In this document: piece by piece, positions 17,682-26,365 of the stretch
Layout of the letters: the number at the start of each line of letters is the position of its first letter
Numbering within the stretch: position 1 is the stretch's first letter
Assembly: GCA_015163845.1 (NCBI GenBank)
Contig: JAAOII010000113.1
Location: forward strand, 1 to 32,774
DNA length: 32,774 bases
Direction of reading: 5' to 3'
Source of the DNA: Candidatus Portiera sp.
Lineage (GTDB): Bacteria; Pseudomonadota; Gammaproteobacteria; CBDBNL01; JAAOII01
Made by a program: the position numbers and the translations under genes
Notes under the pieces: model-generated
Database searches by the model: none
Seen by the model: only the letters and a program-made list of their open reading frames with translations
What the model was told of the DNA's origin: nothing

Positions 17682-18293
17682 ATGTTTGAAGAATATCTAA
17701 GTTTACTCCTCAAGGCAATATTCGTAGAGAATATTGCACTGGCTTTCTTTTTAGGCATGTGCACTTTCATAGCCATTTCCAAGAAAATTTCAGCAGCTAT
17801 AGGTTTAGGCATTGCTGTTGTTGTAGTGCAAGCAATCACAGTCCCAGCTAATAACTTAATCTTCACCTATCTACTAAATGATGGTGCTTTGGCATGGATG
17901 GGTTTTCCATCAGTGAATTTGTCTTTCTTGGGCTACCTCAGCTACATAGGAGTTATAGCCGCCATAGTGCAAATATTAGAAATGTTCCTTGACAGATATG
18001 TTCCTGCTCTCTATAATGCCTTAGGAATTTTCTTGCCTTTGATAACAGTTAATTGTGCTATTTTGGGAGGTACTTTGTTTATGGTGGAGAGGGATTATGA
18101 TTTTGGTGAGAGTGTAATCTATGGAGTTGGTTCAGGAGTTGGTTGGGCTTTGGCAATAGTAGCTTTGGCTGCTATCCGCGAAAAGCTCAAGTATAGCGAT
18201 ATTCCTGCAGGCCTACAAGGTTTAGGTATAACTTTTATGATAGTGGGTCTAATGTCGCTAGGTTTTATGTCATTTTCAGGCATCCAGTTGTAA
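17682..18293 (+). CDS. nqrE: Na+-NQR subunit E
   Basis: [24 protein letters not shown] and [13 protein letters not shown] match NqrE/RnfA. Confidence 0.92.
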   Translation: MFEEYLSLLLKAIFVENIALAFFLGMCTFIAISKKISAAIGLGIAVVVVQAITVPANNLIFTYLLNDGALAWMGFPSVNLSFLGYLSYIGVIAAIVQILEMFLDRYVPALYNALGIFLPLITVNCAILGGTLFMVERDYDFGESVIYGVGSGVGWALAIVALAAIREKLKYSDIPAGLQGLGITFMIVGLMSLGFMSFSGIQL

Positions 18294-18297
18294 AAAA

Positions 18298-19521
18298 ATG
18301 CAAGAAGTCATATTAGGAGTAATTTTCTTCTCCGTCATAGTTCTAGTTCTCGCGTTCATAATTATTGGTGCTAGATATTTATTAGTCAGTAGTGGCGATG
18401 TCAAGATTGGCATTAACAGTGATGATGCAAAGTCACTTGTAACTTCCGCTGGTTCCAAACTTCTGCAAACACTGGCAGCCAATAATATATTTCTTTCTTC
18501 CGCCTGTGGTGGCGGTGGCACCTGTGGTCAATGCAAATGCATAGTCCATTCTGGTGGCGGATCTGCTTTGCCCATAGAAGAGGGTGTTTTTAATCTTGCA
18601 GAGTTGAGACAGGGCTGGCGTCTTTCTTGCCAGACCCCAGTTAAGCAAGATATGCAAATAGACATTCCCACTGACGTATTTGGTGTGCGTAAATGGGAAT
18701 GCGAAGTTGTCTCAAATAATAATGTAGCCACTTTCATCAAAGAATTAGTGCTTAAATTGCCTGAAGGTGACGAAGTTGATTTTAAGGCAGGAGGATTTGT
18801 GCAAATGGAAGTTCCCCCTTACCAAATGGATTACAAGACCATAGATGTTGCCAGTGAGTTCACTTCGGACTGGGATAGATTCAAGTTTTGGGACTTAAGT
18901 GTTAAATCACCAGAAACAGTTATTCGTGCTTACTCCATGGCAAACTATCCACAAGAAAAAGGCATACTCAAGTTTAATATTCGCATAGCAACGCCTCCTC
19001 CCGGAACTAACCTTTCTCCGGGCATTGTTTCTTCTTATGTGTTTAACTTGAAACCAGGAGACAAGCTTACAGTATTTGGCCCCTTCGGTGATTTCTTTAT
19101 CAAAGATACTACAAGCGAGATGGTATATATTGGCGGTGGTGCAGGCATGGCACCTTTAAGATCACATATATTTGATCTGTTTAAGAGCCGCACTACTAAT
19201 AGAAAGATTAGTTATTGGTATGGTGCTCGTAGCTTAAGAGAACTATTTTATAGTGAAGAGTTTGAAGAATTATCTAAGAATCATGATAATTTTTCATGGA
19301 ATGTTGCTATGTCTGATCCTTTGCCTGAAGACAATTGGAAAAGTTATACTGGATTTATTCACCAAGTTGTCTATGAGAATTACCTGAAAAATCACCCTGC
19401 ACCAGAGGATATAGAATATTACCTTTGTGGACCACCCATGATGAATTCGGCAGTGCAACAGATGCTTGATGATTTAGGTGTTGAACCAGAGAATATTGCC
19501 TTTGATGATTTTGGGGGATGA
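18298..19521 (+). CDS. nqrF: Na+-NQR subunit F (2Fe-2S ferredoxin / FAD / NADH domains)
   Basis: N-terminal TM helix, 2Fe-2S site [18 protein letters not shown] site [17 protein letters not shown], and the canonical C-terminus IAFDDFGG. Confidence 0.95.
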   Translation: MQEVILGVIFFSVIVLVLAFIIIGARYLLVSSGDVKIGINSDDAKSLVTSAGSKLLQTLAANNIFLSSACGGGGTCGQCKCIVHSGGGSALPIEEGVFNLAELRQGWRLSCQTPVKQDMQIDIPTDVFGVRKWECEVVSNNNVATFIKELVLKLPEGDEVDFKAGGFVQMEVPPYQMDYKTIDVASEFTSDWDRFKFWDLSVKSPETVIRAYSMANYPQEKGILKFNIRIATPPPGTNLSPGIVSSYVFNLKPGDKLTVFGPFGDFFIKDTTSEMVYIGGGAGMAPLRSHIFDLFKSRTTNRKISYWYGARSLRELFYSEEFEELSKNHDNFSWNVAMSDPLPEDNWKSYTGFIHQVVYENYLKNHPAPEDIEYYLCGPPMMNSAVQQMLDDLGVEPENIAFDDFGG

Positions 19522-19583
19522 CTTTGGGGGATGACTTTAATGTATGACTTGGGGAGTAAAATCATTAAACACATAAACACTAG

Positions 19584-20441
19584 ATGATCAAGTCACGCAA
19601 TTCAGCCCTTGTTCTTATTTTTGCCGTTGCTTGTGTATTACTGATTCCTTTAGCACTAATGCTATTGGTTCCGGCTACCAACCATCAATTATTCTTATAC
19701 ATTAATCATCAAGGGGCAATTCTACCTGATGCTGTATGGGCTAATATAACTTTGCTCGGAGACGGGCTATGGGCTATGGGCTTTATGTCCATAATCATTT
19801 TTATTGCTAATTCTAAAGAACCCGCAAATACTCCCCCCCTCTGGGCAAGAACCTTGGCTTGTGCAACTGTGTATGGAGGAATTTGCTTAGGTATTGTGGT
19901 GCAACTGCTTAAGCAAAGCTTGGATGTTTATAGACCAAGTAAAGTTTTCTCCGCCACAGATATTAATATCATAGGCGAACCATTATCTTTTCATAGCTTT
20001 CCTTCTGGGCATAGTGCGACGATATTTTATATGTTGGCTATCACATTAGCATACCTAGTGCATCACTTTTCTATCAAGTCACTGATGTTAAATCTTAGAC
20101 AAATTATCTTAGTTAATTTATTAATATTTGCCGCGGCTATTATTGCAATATCTCGCATCACTACAGGGGTGCATTTCCCGGCAGATATTCTGGCTGGTTC
20201 ACTATTGGGTTGGTTGTTTGGTTGGGCCAGTGTAACTCTTTTATACAATAAGTTAAGGTTCGGATCAATTGTTACTGCTGTGGCACTGGCTTTGATCGGC
20301 TTGGCATCCATTCTGCTATTTTTCCATGACTCGCAGTTACCTCAAGTTGAACTATTAACCCTTGGCAGCGGCATAATATTTACACTATTCTCTGCAATCA
20401 ATTTATATAATCTAGCATTAAGACAAATAAGTAAAGAATAA
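19584..20441 (+). CDS. PAP2-family membrane phosphatase (PgpB/LpxE/LpxF-like)
   Basis: The three PAP2 motifs are present: KQSLDVYRPS, PSGHS and SRITTGVHFPADILAG. Multiple TM helices. Confidence 0.8.
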   Translation: MIKSRNSALVLIFAVACVLLIPLALMLLVPATNHQLFLYINHQGAILPDAVWANITLLGDGLWAMGFMSIIIFIANSKEPANTPPLWARTLACATVYGGICLGIVVQLLKQSLDVYRPSKVFSATDINIIGEPLSFHSFPSGHSATIFYMLAITLAYLVHHFSIKSLMLNLRQIILVNLLIFAAAIIAISRITTGVHFPADILAGSLLGWLFGWASVTLLYNKLRFGSIVTAVALALIGLASILLFFHDSQLPQVELLTLGSGIIFTLFSAINLYNLALRQISKE

Positions 20442-20488
20442 TCTCAGATATTCACCCACATCTATCTGTAAACCTACTAGTTAAAATT

Positions 20489-21223
20489 ATGAAAAACTTA
20501 CTATTAATTGTGTTGTGTAGTTTATTATTAACCTCCATGCATCTTATGGGGGAAGACCTAGAAAAACAGTTAGAGCCATTCACCTGGAGTTACGACATTA
20601 CTTATAATACTGGCAAGACAACCTACAAAGGAACTGGTTCCTATGCCTTAGCTAAAATTGATAAGAGTGCGGAGAAAAATAAAAAGAATAAAAAGAAAAG
20701 CAAGAGATTAAACTATCCAGAAAATGCCGAATACACTTTTACTGCTTCCATAGAAACAACTAGCAAGACCTTTTCTTCAACTGATACCTCATGGATAATT
20801 AGAGACGCTGCCCATTATATAGTGCCTCTACAAAGGACACAAAAATTTGTCATTCTTGGTTTTCCGCGTAAAAAGAATTATCCCCTGACACCACCAACCG
20901 AAGGTGGCTATTACGATGAAATATCAGTGGTCCTCTTCCTCCAGAATCAAATCAAGCAGTATGCTAAGGGTAAAAGTAAAACCAAGGCATGGAAGGTATG
21001 GTTAGCAGACCGCAATAAAGAGGAGTCCTATAGATTGATAGAGGATCAAATCATAACAACTTCATTGGGGCAACTAGATTGCTATGTTCTCATGAAAGAA
21101 GACAAGAATAACAAAAGGAACTTTAAGGTATGGCTGACAAAAGATGATCTATACATTGCTAAGGTAGAACAGACCGATAGGAAAAGAAAAACTTTAATGG
21201 AAATCAACTCTAATGTGTTATAA
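20489..21223 (+). CDS. Secreted or lipoprotein-like hypothetical protein (possibly DUF3108-like)
   Basis: Signal peptide MKNLLLIVLCSLLLTSMHL, and a Lys-rich insert KNKKNKKKSKR. The DUF3108 resemblance (KVWLTKDDLYIAKVEQ near the C-terminus) is a weak memory-based guess. Confidence 0.4.
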   Translation: MKNLLLIVLCSLLLTSMHLMGEDLEKQLEPFTWSYDITYNTGKTTYKGTGSYALAKIDKSAEKNKKNKKKSKRLNYPENAEYTFTASIETTSKTFSSTDTSWIIRDAAHYIVPLQRTQKFVILGFPRKKNYPLTPPTEGGYYDEISVVLFLQNQIKQYAKGKSKTKAWKVWLADRNKEESYRLIEDQIITTSLGQLDCYVLMKEDKNNKRNFKVWLTKDDLYIAKVEQTDRKRKTLMEINSNVL

Positions 21224-21260
21224 TGTGGTTATGAGATTACCTTTTCATTATATAAACACT

Positions 21261-21830
21261 ATGAAACTGCCTGTGATTTTAGCGGCAGTTTTTACCTTTA
21301 CTTCTTTTCCAATTATGGCAAACGACGATACAATTAAAATTGAACCAACTCCAAAGAACAAGGTCTATGCTATTCAGCGTAGCACTGATGAATGGAAGAA
21401 GATGCTAACTAGCTTTGAATATAACATCCTCATAGATAAGGGGACAGAACATGCCTTTAGTGGTGCACTGGACAAAGAGAAGAGGAAGGGCATCTATTAC
21501 TCACGAGCTACAGGGCAACCTCTATTCAGCTCCGACCACAAATATGACTCAAGAACTGGCTGGCCTAGTTTTTGGCGTCCCATAGAAGGAGAAGCCATTG
21601 ACTATTATTCAGATAATGGCCTATTCTATGTTAGAACTGAGGTAACTGATAGTTCCAGTGGAGCTCATCTTGGACATGTTTTCAAAGATGGTCCCAATCC
21701 AACAAGACTTAGGTACTGTGTTAATTCCGCCTCATTAATATTTGTTGCGAAAGGTGAAGAACCCCCACAGATAGTTAAGGATTATGCGGAAGAATACGGG
21801 GCATCATCGCCAATTCCTAAAAAATCCTAA
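21261..21830 (+). CDS. msrB: Periplasmic peptide-methionine (R)-S-oxide reductase
   Basis: GWPSFWRP, HLGHVFKDGP and RYCVNSASL are MsrB motifs. ATG 21261 gives the signal peptide MKLPVILAAVFTFTSFPIMA. The ORF track opens earlier, at 21213. Confidence 0.85.
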   Translation: MKLPVILAAVFTFTSFPIMANDDTIKIEPTPKNKVYAIQRSTDEWKKMLTSFEYNILIDKGTEHAFSGALDKEKRKGIYYSRATGQPLFSSDHKYDSRTGWPSFWRPIEGEAIDYYSDNGLFYVRTEVTDSSSGAHLGHVFKDGPNPTRLRYCVNSASLIFVAKGEEPPQIVKDYAEEYGASSPIPKKS

Positions 21831-21831
21831 A

Positions 21832-21933
21832 CAGCCGACCGCAATCAGACCGCAATCAGACCGCAATCAGGCCGCAATCAGACCGCAATCAGGCCGCAAT
21901 CAGACCGCAATCAGACCGCAATCAGACCGCAAT
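21832..21933. repeat. Tandem 11-bp repeat CAGACCGCAAT (G/A variant CAGGCCGCAAT), about 9 copies
   Basis: Read directly. After the degenerate first unit (21832-21845), units of exactly 11 bp run from 21846 to 21933; two carry the A-to-G variant. The tract starts 1 nt after the msrB stop. Confidence 0.95.
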
Positions 21934-21941
21934 ATAGTCAG

Positions 21942-22019
21942 CTACTATTATAAATAATTAGCTAAAGCTACTATTATAAATAATTAGCTAAAACTACTAT
22001 TATAAATAATTAGCTAAAG
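21942..22019. repeat. Tandem 26-bp repeat CTACTATTATAAATAATTAGCTAAAG, 3 copies
   Basis: Units at 21942-21967, 21968-21993 (last base A) and 21994-22019. The array abuts the argB stop codon at 22020-22022. There are no spacers. Confidence 0.95.
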
Positions 22020-22835
22020 CTAATATATAGCGGTGCCGGCAACTTCGCCATTAAGGACATCACTAATGACATTACGAGTTGTCCCATTGACAACCACAAT
22101 CCGCTTAACTCCCTGATCTAAAGCATCTCTCATTGATAGAATTTTGGGGATCATACCATCAGTTACTATTCCCTGTTCTATGAGTCCATCTATTTGGTCG
22201 CGAGATATCTGATTAATCACTTCCGAGTCAGCATCCAACACACCATCTTGGTCGGTCATATAGAATAGATAGTTGGCTTTATAACTGACAGCTATTGCAG
22301 CGGCAGCCCAGTCGGCATTGACATTATACTCCAGTCCATTGACTAGATCATGGGCAACAGGAGCCATAACTGCAATTTGTCCATTCAGTCCAAGGATGGG
22401 CTTGCTATCAACCGCTTTGCCGACTCTGCCAAGTTTTACTCTTTTTGCGTCATTCCCCTCACTATACTCCCCACTATTCAAGTCATTATCAAGCGGAGCA
22501 CTAAATAGGACTTGTGTTTGCTTGCCATAAATAACTTCACCGCCTTTCTTTTTAATGGCCTCAGCAAGTTCGCTATTGACTTCATCACATAAGACCCTTG
22601 CTACTATTTCCATGGTTGCATCGTCTGTAACTCTTTGTCCTTGATGAAACTTCGGACTAATACCAGCATCCTTTAGTGCTTGGTTGATTCTCATACCCCC
22701 ACCATGGACTAAGATGACTTGGGCACCCAACTTTTGTAAAGCAACTGCCTGCCGACTTATATCATCCAAGCAATCTGCATCATCAATATTTTTGCCACTC
22801 AGCTTTATCACCAAGGTGGCATTCTCTAGTTTCAT
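22020..22835 (-). CDS. argB: Acetylglutamate kinase
   Basis: Collinear with E. coli ArgB as remembered: VIKLSGK, VILVHGGG, NVNADWAAAAIA and GIVTDGMIPKI. Confidence 0.9.
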   Translation of the reverse strand: MKLENATLVIKLSGKNIDDADCLDDISRQAVALQKLGAQVILVHGGGMRINQALKDAGISPKFHQGQRVTDDATMEIVARVLCDEVNSELAEAIKKKGGEVIYGKQTQVLFSAPLDNDLNSGEYSEGNDAKRVKLGRVGKAVDSKPILGLNGQIAVMAPVAHDLVNGLEYNVNADWAAAAIAVSYKANYLFYMTDQDGVLDADSEVINQISRDQIDGLIEQGIVTDGMIPKILSMRDALDQGVKRIVVVNGTTRNVISDVLNGEVAGTAIY

Positions 22836-22846
22836 GTTATTTTATT

Positions 22847-22918
22847 GAGATTGAGATTGAGATTGTGTTTGCGTTTGTGTTTGTGTTTGCGTTTGCGTTT
22901 GCGTTTGCGTTTGCGATT
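22847..22918. repeat. Hexanucleotide microsatellite: (GAGATT)x3 then (GYGTTT)x8 plus GCGATT
   Basis: Read directly; 12 consecutive hexamers fill almost the whole 81-bp spacer between the PMM stop (22917-22919) and the argB start (22833-22835). On the coding strand the tract reads (AAACRC)n(AATCTC)3. Confidence 0.95.
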
Positions 22919-24329
22919 AAAGTTTGCTTGCTTCTAAATTTGTCAGATCAAGTTGCGGAGCCGCTGCTGATAGTTGGATGATAAAACTATCTATGATGCG
23001 ATTCAGTGCTGCATTATTATCAGCTTCAAAACGTAATACTAAGACCGGGCTGGTGTTTGAGGCACGCACCAATCCCCAGCCATCTGCATATTCAGCACGC
23101 ACACCGTCAATTTCAATAACTTCCTGTGCTGCAAACTTGTCTTTGTTTTCCCGTATTTTGTCAATCACTACAAACTTTTCCTTCTCGGTGGTGTGCAAGT
23201 TAATCTCAGGAGTGGAGATTCTATCAGGATAGGCAGACAGCAGACCACTTAGATCACTCTGCTTTTTATCCATTATGTTGAGCAATTTTACTCCTGCCAG
23301 CAGGGCATCGTCACTCTTAGGCCAGTTCTCGGCAAAGAAAATATGCCCACTCATTTCACCAGCGAGCAATGCTCCCGTCTCTTGCATTTTGCGTTTTATA
23401 AGAGAGTGCCCAGTATTCCACATAACCGGCTCTCCGCCATTTTCCTTGATGACCTTTGCCAATAATGAAGAACACTTCACATCATAAATAATTGGTGTCC
23501 CTGGATGACGGCTTAGTAGATCTTCTACTAGGAGCATTAAGAAGCGATCAGGAAAGGTAATCTCTCCTTGATTGGTTATGAGCCCCAAACGATCACCATC
23601 ACCATCAAAAGCTAAACCAGCATCAGCATTAAGTTCACGCACCTTGGCTTGTATCTCCACTAAATTCTTAGGGTTACCTGGATCTGGATGGTGATTAGGG
23701 AAATTGCCATCTACTTCGCAGTAAAGTTCAGTCACCTTACAACCAAGGTTGCGATAGAGTTGCGGGGCACACATCCCAGTAACACCATTACCGCTATCAA
23801 CTACTATATGATACTCGCGGCTAAGTTTAATCCCAGCAGTCAATGCCTCTAGATAGATAGGCAGGAAATCTTCTTGACGCATTTTGCCGACTATTGTATC
23901 AGTTGGGAAGTTTTCATTAACTATATTATGATAGAGTTGTTCTATGCCATCCAATGCAACTGACTCCGTATCTAACAACATTTTGCAGCCATTATAATTT
24001 TTTGGATTATGACTACCGGTTATCATTATTCCCGCATCTGCTTGTAATTTGCTTACTGCAAAATATAGGCAAGGTGTGGGCACCATGCCTATGTCTATGA
24101 CATCAATAGCGGATGCGACCAAACCATCAATCAAGCCCTTGCTTAAAGATGGGGAAGATAACCTACCGTCACGTCCAATAATAATGCTTGATAGACCCTT
24201 TTTATGCATTTCTTGAGCATAGGACTTACCGAGTAGAGTAAATAATTCTGGTGTTAGTTGTTCATCTAGGATGCCGCGTATGTCATAGGCACGAAATACA
24301 TCTTTAGGTATTTGTTGCTGCTTGTTCAT
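22917..24329 (-). CDS. Phosphomannomutase/phosphoglucomutase (AlgC/ManB type)
   Basis: Active-site Ser loop MITGSHNPKNYNGCKM, metal loop AFDGDGDRLG, sugar loop GEMSGH, and RASNTSP phosphate loop. Confidence 0.9.
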   Translation of the reverse strand: MNKQQQIPKDVFRAYDIRGILDEQLTPELFTLLGKSYAQEMHKKGLSSIIIGRDGRLSSPSLSKGLIDGLVASAIDVIDIGMVPTPCLYFAVSKLQADAGIMITGSHNPKNYNGCKMLLDTESVALDGIEQLYHNIVNENFPTDTIVGKMRQEDFLPIYLEALTAGIKLSREYHIVVDSGNGVTGMCAPQLYRNLGCKVTELYCEVDGNFPNHHPDPGNPKNLVEIQAKVRELNADAGLAFDGDGDRLGLITNQGEITFPDRFLMLLVEDLLSRHPGTPIIYDVKCSSLLAKVIKENGGEPVMWNTGHSLIKRKMQETGALLAGEMSGHIFFAENWPKSDDALLAGVKLLNIMDKKQSDLSGLLSAYPDRISTPEINLHTTEKEKFVVIDKIRENKDKFAAQEVIEIDGVRAEYADGWGLVRASNTSPVLVLRFEADNNAALNRIIDSFIIQLSAAAPQLDLTNLEASKL

Positions 24330-24349
24330 TAAGTTAAGTAGGTTAAGTG

Positions 24350-25423
24350 TTATGTTAGTTGATTATAAGATTTACGAGTTGTATTAATAAACTCTCGCCA
24401 AGGCAAAGGTTGATTGCCCAACAGTATATTCTCTTTGGCTATGACGGTTACCAGTTTGATATACTGGAAGAGGGCGACATAACCCTGCCACAATGTATTG
24501 CTTGGATGATACATATGCGGTGGTTCACCCATTACAGAGTTTAGTTCTACCACTTTAAAATTTTTCCCCGCCTGCAAATCCTTTTCACTAAATGCCAAGA
24601 TATCATAGCGGCCTATGAAGAATCCAGGATAGCCCTTGCTCAGAGCATCAATCTTATTAGATAGGTCCTGAGTTATGAGGTTGCGGGAGTCGTTAAAAAT
24701 AGCTCCACGCGAGTGAGTGCCTATCTCTACCAGTTTAAATTCTTCTTCTTTTGCTGGCACCCAGTCCAATTTATCTTTATGTTTAGCCAAGTGCACTTTA
24801 TACATTATGCAGGCGCGAGGATGTTTCATTATGAGGTGCTTTAGATTATTGACACCATCTCCTTGTAAAAAGATTGAATCCTTGCGACCCAAAGAAAAAA
24901 TCCAACCCTTATCCTCATTGGGCAACCTAGCATAATGAACACCATACTCTATGCCGGGAGTGAACTCTTGTAGCATATACAGAGCATCTTGATGTTTACT
25001 AAGCTTAGGAATATCTGCTAAACATTCTAATAGTTGTTCGCGACTATCAGCTAACTTAATATCCGCTCCTCTTTGACCTATCTGTGGTTTGACTATTATG
25101 GGGAACTTGAGTTCATGGAGTTTCATAAAAGCATCAGTTAATTTTGGCCAGTTATTTCTTTCTGCTTCTACCAAAGACAATGAGTTGGGAATATGTTCTG
25201 GGTATTTTTGTGCTAACTGGTTTAGGACCCCCACCTTAGGCGCTTGGAATATCCCTACCTTGAGCATACCCGGATTAGCAACTGAAAGCAGGCCTAGATA
25301 GCCATTTCTCCAGCACCTCCAAAGATAATAGATTATGCCTGGTGCATAGAATATGGCTGTGGGCCAAAACTCGTAATGAGTTATTTTGATCCAACGCGAG
25401 TATATCTTTCGTGTCAGATACAT
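24350..25423 (-). CDS. ATP-grasp family ligase with an N-terminal hydrophobic anchor
   Basis: FWPTAIFYAPGIIYYLW is a hydrophobic N-terminal segment. ATP-grasp pattern: IIVKPQIGQRGADIKL, LQEFTPGIEYGVHY, and FKVVELNSVMGEP (E-x-N metal site). Confidence 0.7.
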   Translation of the reverse strand: MYLTRKIYSRWIKITHYEFWPTAIFYAPGIIYYLWRCWRNGYLGLLSVANPGMLKVGIFQAPKVGVLNQLAQKYPEHIPNSLSLVEAERNNWPKLTDAFMKLHELKFPIIVKPQIGQRGADIKLADSREQLLECLADIPKLSKHQDALYMLQEFTPGIEYGVHYARLPNEDKGWIFSLGRKDSIFLQGDGVNNLKHLIMKHPRACIMYKVHLAKHKDKLDWVPAKEEEFKLVEIGTHSRGAIFNDSRNLITQDLSNKIDALSKGYPGFFIGRYDILAFSEKDLQAGKNFKVVELNSVMGEPPHMYHPSNTLWQGYVALFQYIKLVTVIAKENILLGNQPLPWREFINTTRKSYNQLT

Positions 25424-25445
25424 TCGTTAGAGTAGTTTGTTAAGA

Positions 25446-26270
25446 TCAATAAATTCTCTTGCGGTCGCCCATAAACATTTTATGCTGTCTATCGGATATG
25501 GCGGCAGAGTCATAGAGAATTAGGAAATCCAATGTTTTGAACTCTTTGTACATGCAGGGTTCGCCACACACACGGCATTTAAATCTTAAATAAAGGCTGA
25601 AGAGAGGAGGGATGACAGTATTGGTGATATCCACGGGCAATTTACGATACTCACATTTAGAATCCGGCAAGGCCTCAATCATTATGCTGTCATGATAGAC
25701 CTTCATTGCTTCCAGCAACTGAACATAGCCATTGGCATCTTGTGGGTTGCTACTAGGTATGGAATTACATCCCCAAAAATATCTGAGATTATTCTCAACA
25801 AGGCATATTGCCAAACCTTGCCACAGAACATGAAACACTTTGGAGTTGCGATGATTTGGTTCTATGCAGGCACGACTTACAGCCAAAGAACTCTTAAGAA
25901 TTTCTTCGGGCATTTGTGATAAATCATACCTATCAGATCCACAGAAATTCGTGCCGTTTTTGGCGATTTCATAATTTTGAATTCTATAAGTAGCGACAAT
26001 CTTATTGTTTTCTTTACTAACTACTATGAGTTGCAAAGCATCCGCATCAAAAGAATCAATGTCCATTTGCTTGTCATATGCAGAGTCCAGACCGACTGAC
26101 ATTTCTAAATTAAAGACCCTAAAGCGGAGCTTGAATACCTCCTCCAATTCTTCGGGGGTCTCAGCAATTTTGACTAGATACCTATTTGTTTCTGCCATGG
26201 GCGACTCGGCATTAAAGTTCTTAATGTGCCTAGTATTTGCCTCATCATGTATTCTTAATAAATTATCCAT
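25446..26270 (-). CDS. OlsB/FeeM-like N-acyl amino acid synthase (Acetyltransf_5-type GNAT), paralog 2
   Basis: IAETPEELEEVFKLRFRVFNLEM, DSFDADALQLIVV, IVATYRIQNY and PPLFSLYLRFKCRVCGEP follow the lyso-ornithine-lipid synthase-like pattern. Confidence 0.7.
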   Translation of the reverse strand: MDNLLRIHDEANTRHIKNFNAESPMAETNRYLVKIAETPEELEEVFKLRFRVFNLEMSVGLDSAYDKQMDIDSFDADALQLIVVSKENNKIVATYRIQNYEIAKNGTNFCGSDRYDLSQMPEEILKSSLAVSRACIEPNHRNSKVFHVLWQGLAICLVENNLRYFWGCNSIPSSNPQDANGYVQLLEAMKVYHDSIMIEALPDSKCEYRKLPVDITNTVIPPLFSLYLRFKCRVCGEPCMYKEFKTLDFLILYDSAAISDRQHKMFMGDRKRIY

Positions 26271-26365
26271 TTCCTTTAATCTATCTTGTTAATTAATCTA
26301 ATTGTTGTATTATCTGTAAGGTTTAAAAAGTATTTTAGCAGAAAATTAGCTGATTAGGTGAGTTA

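Noticed and set aside
21942-22019. Possible CRISPR array (26-bp direct repeats x3)
   Set aside because: The repeats are strictly contiguous with no spacers, and no cas genes are present. This is a tandem repeat, not CRISPR.
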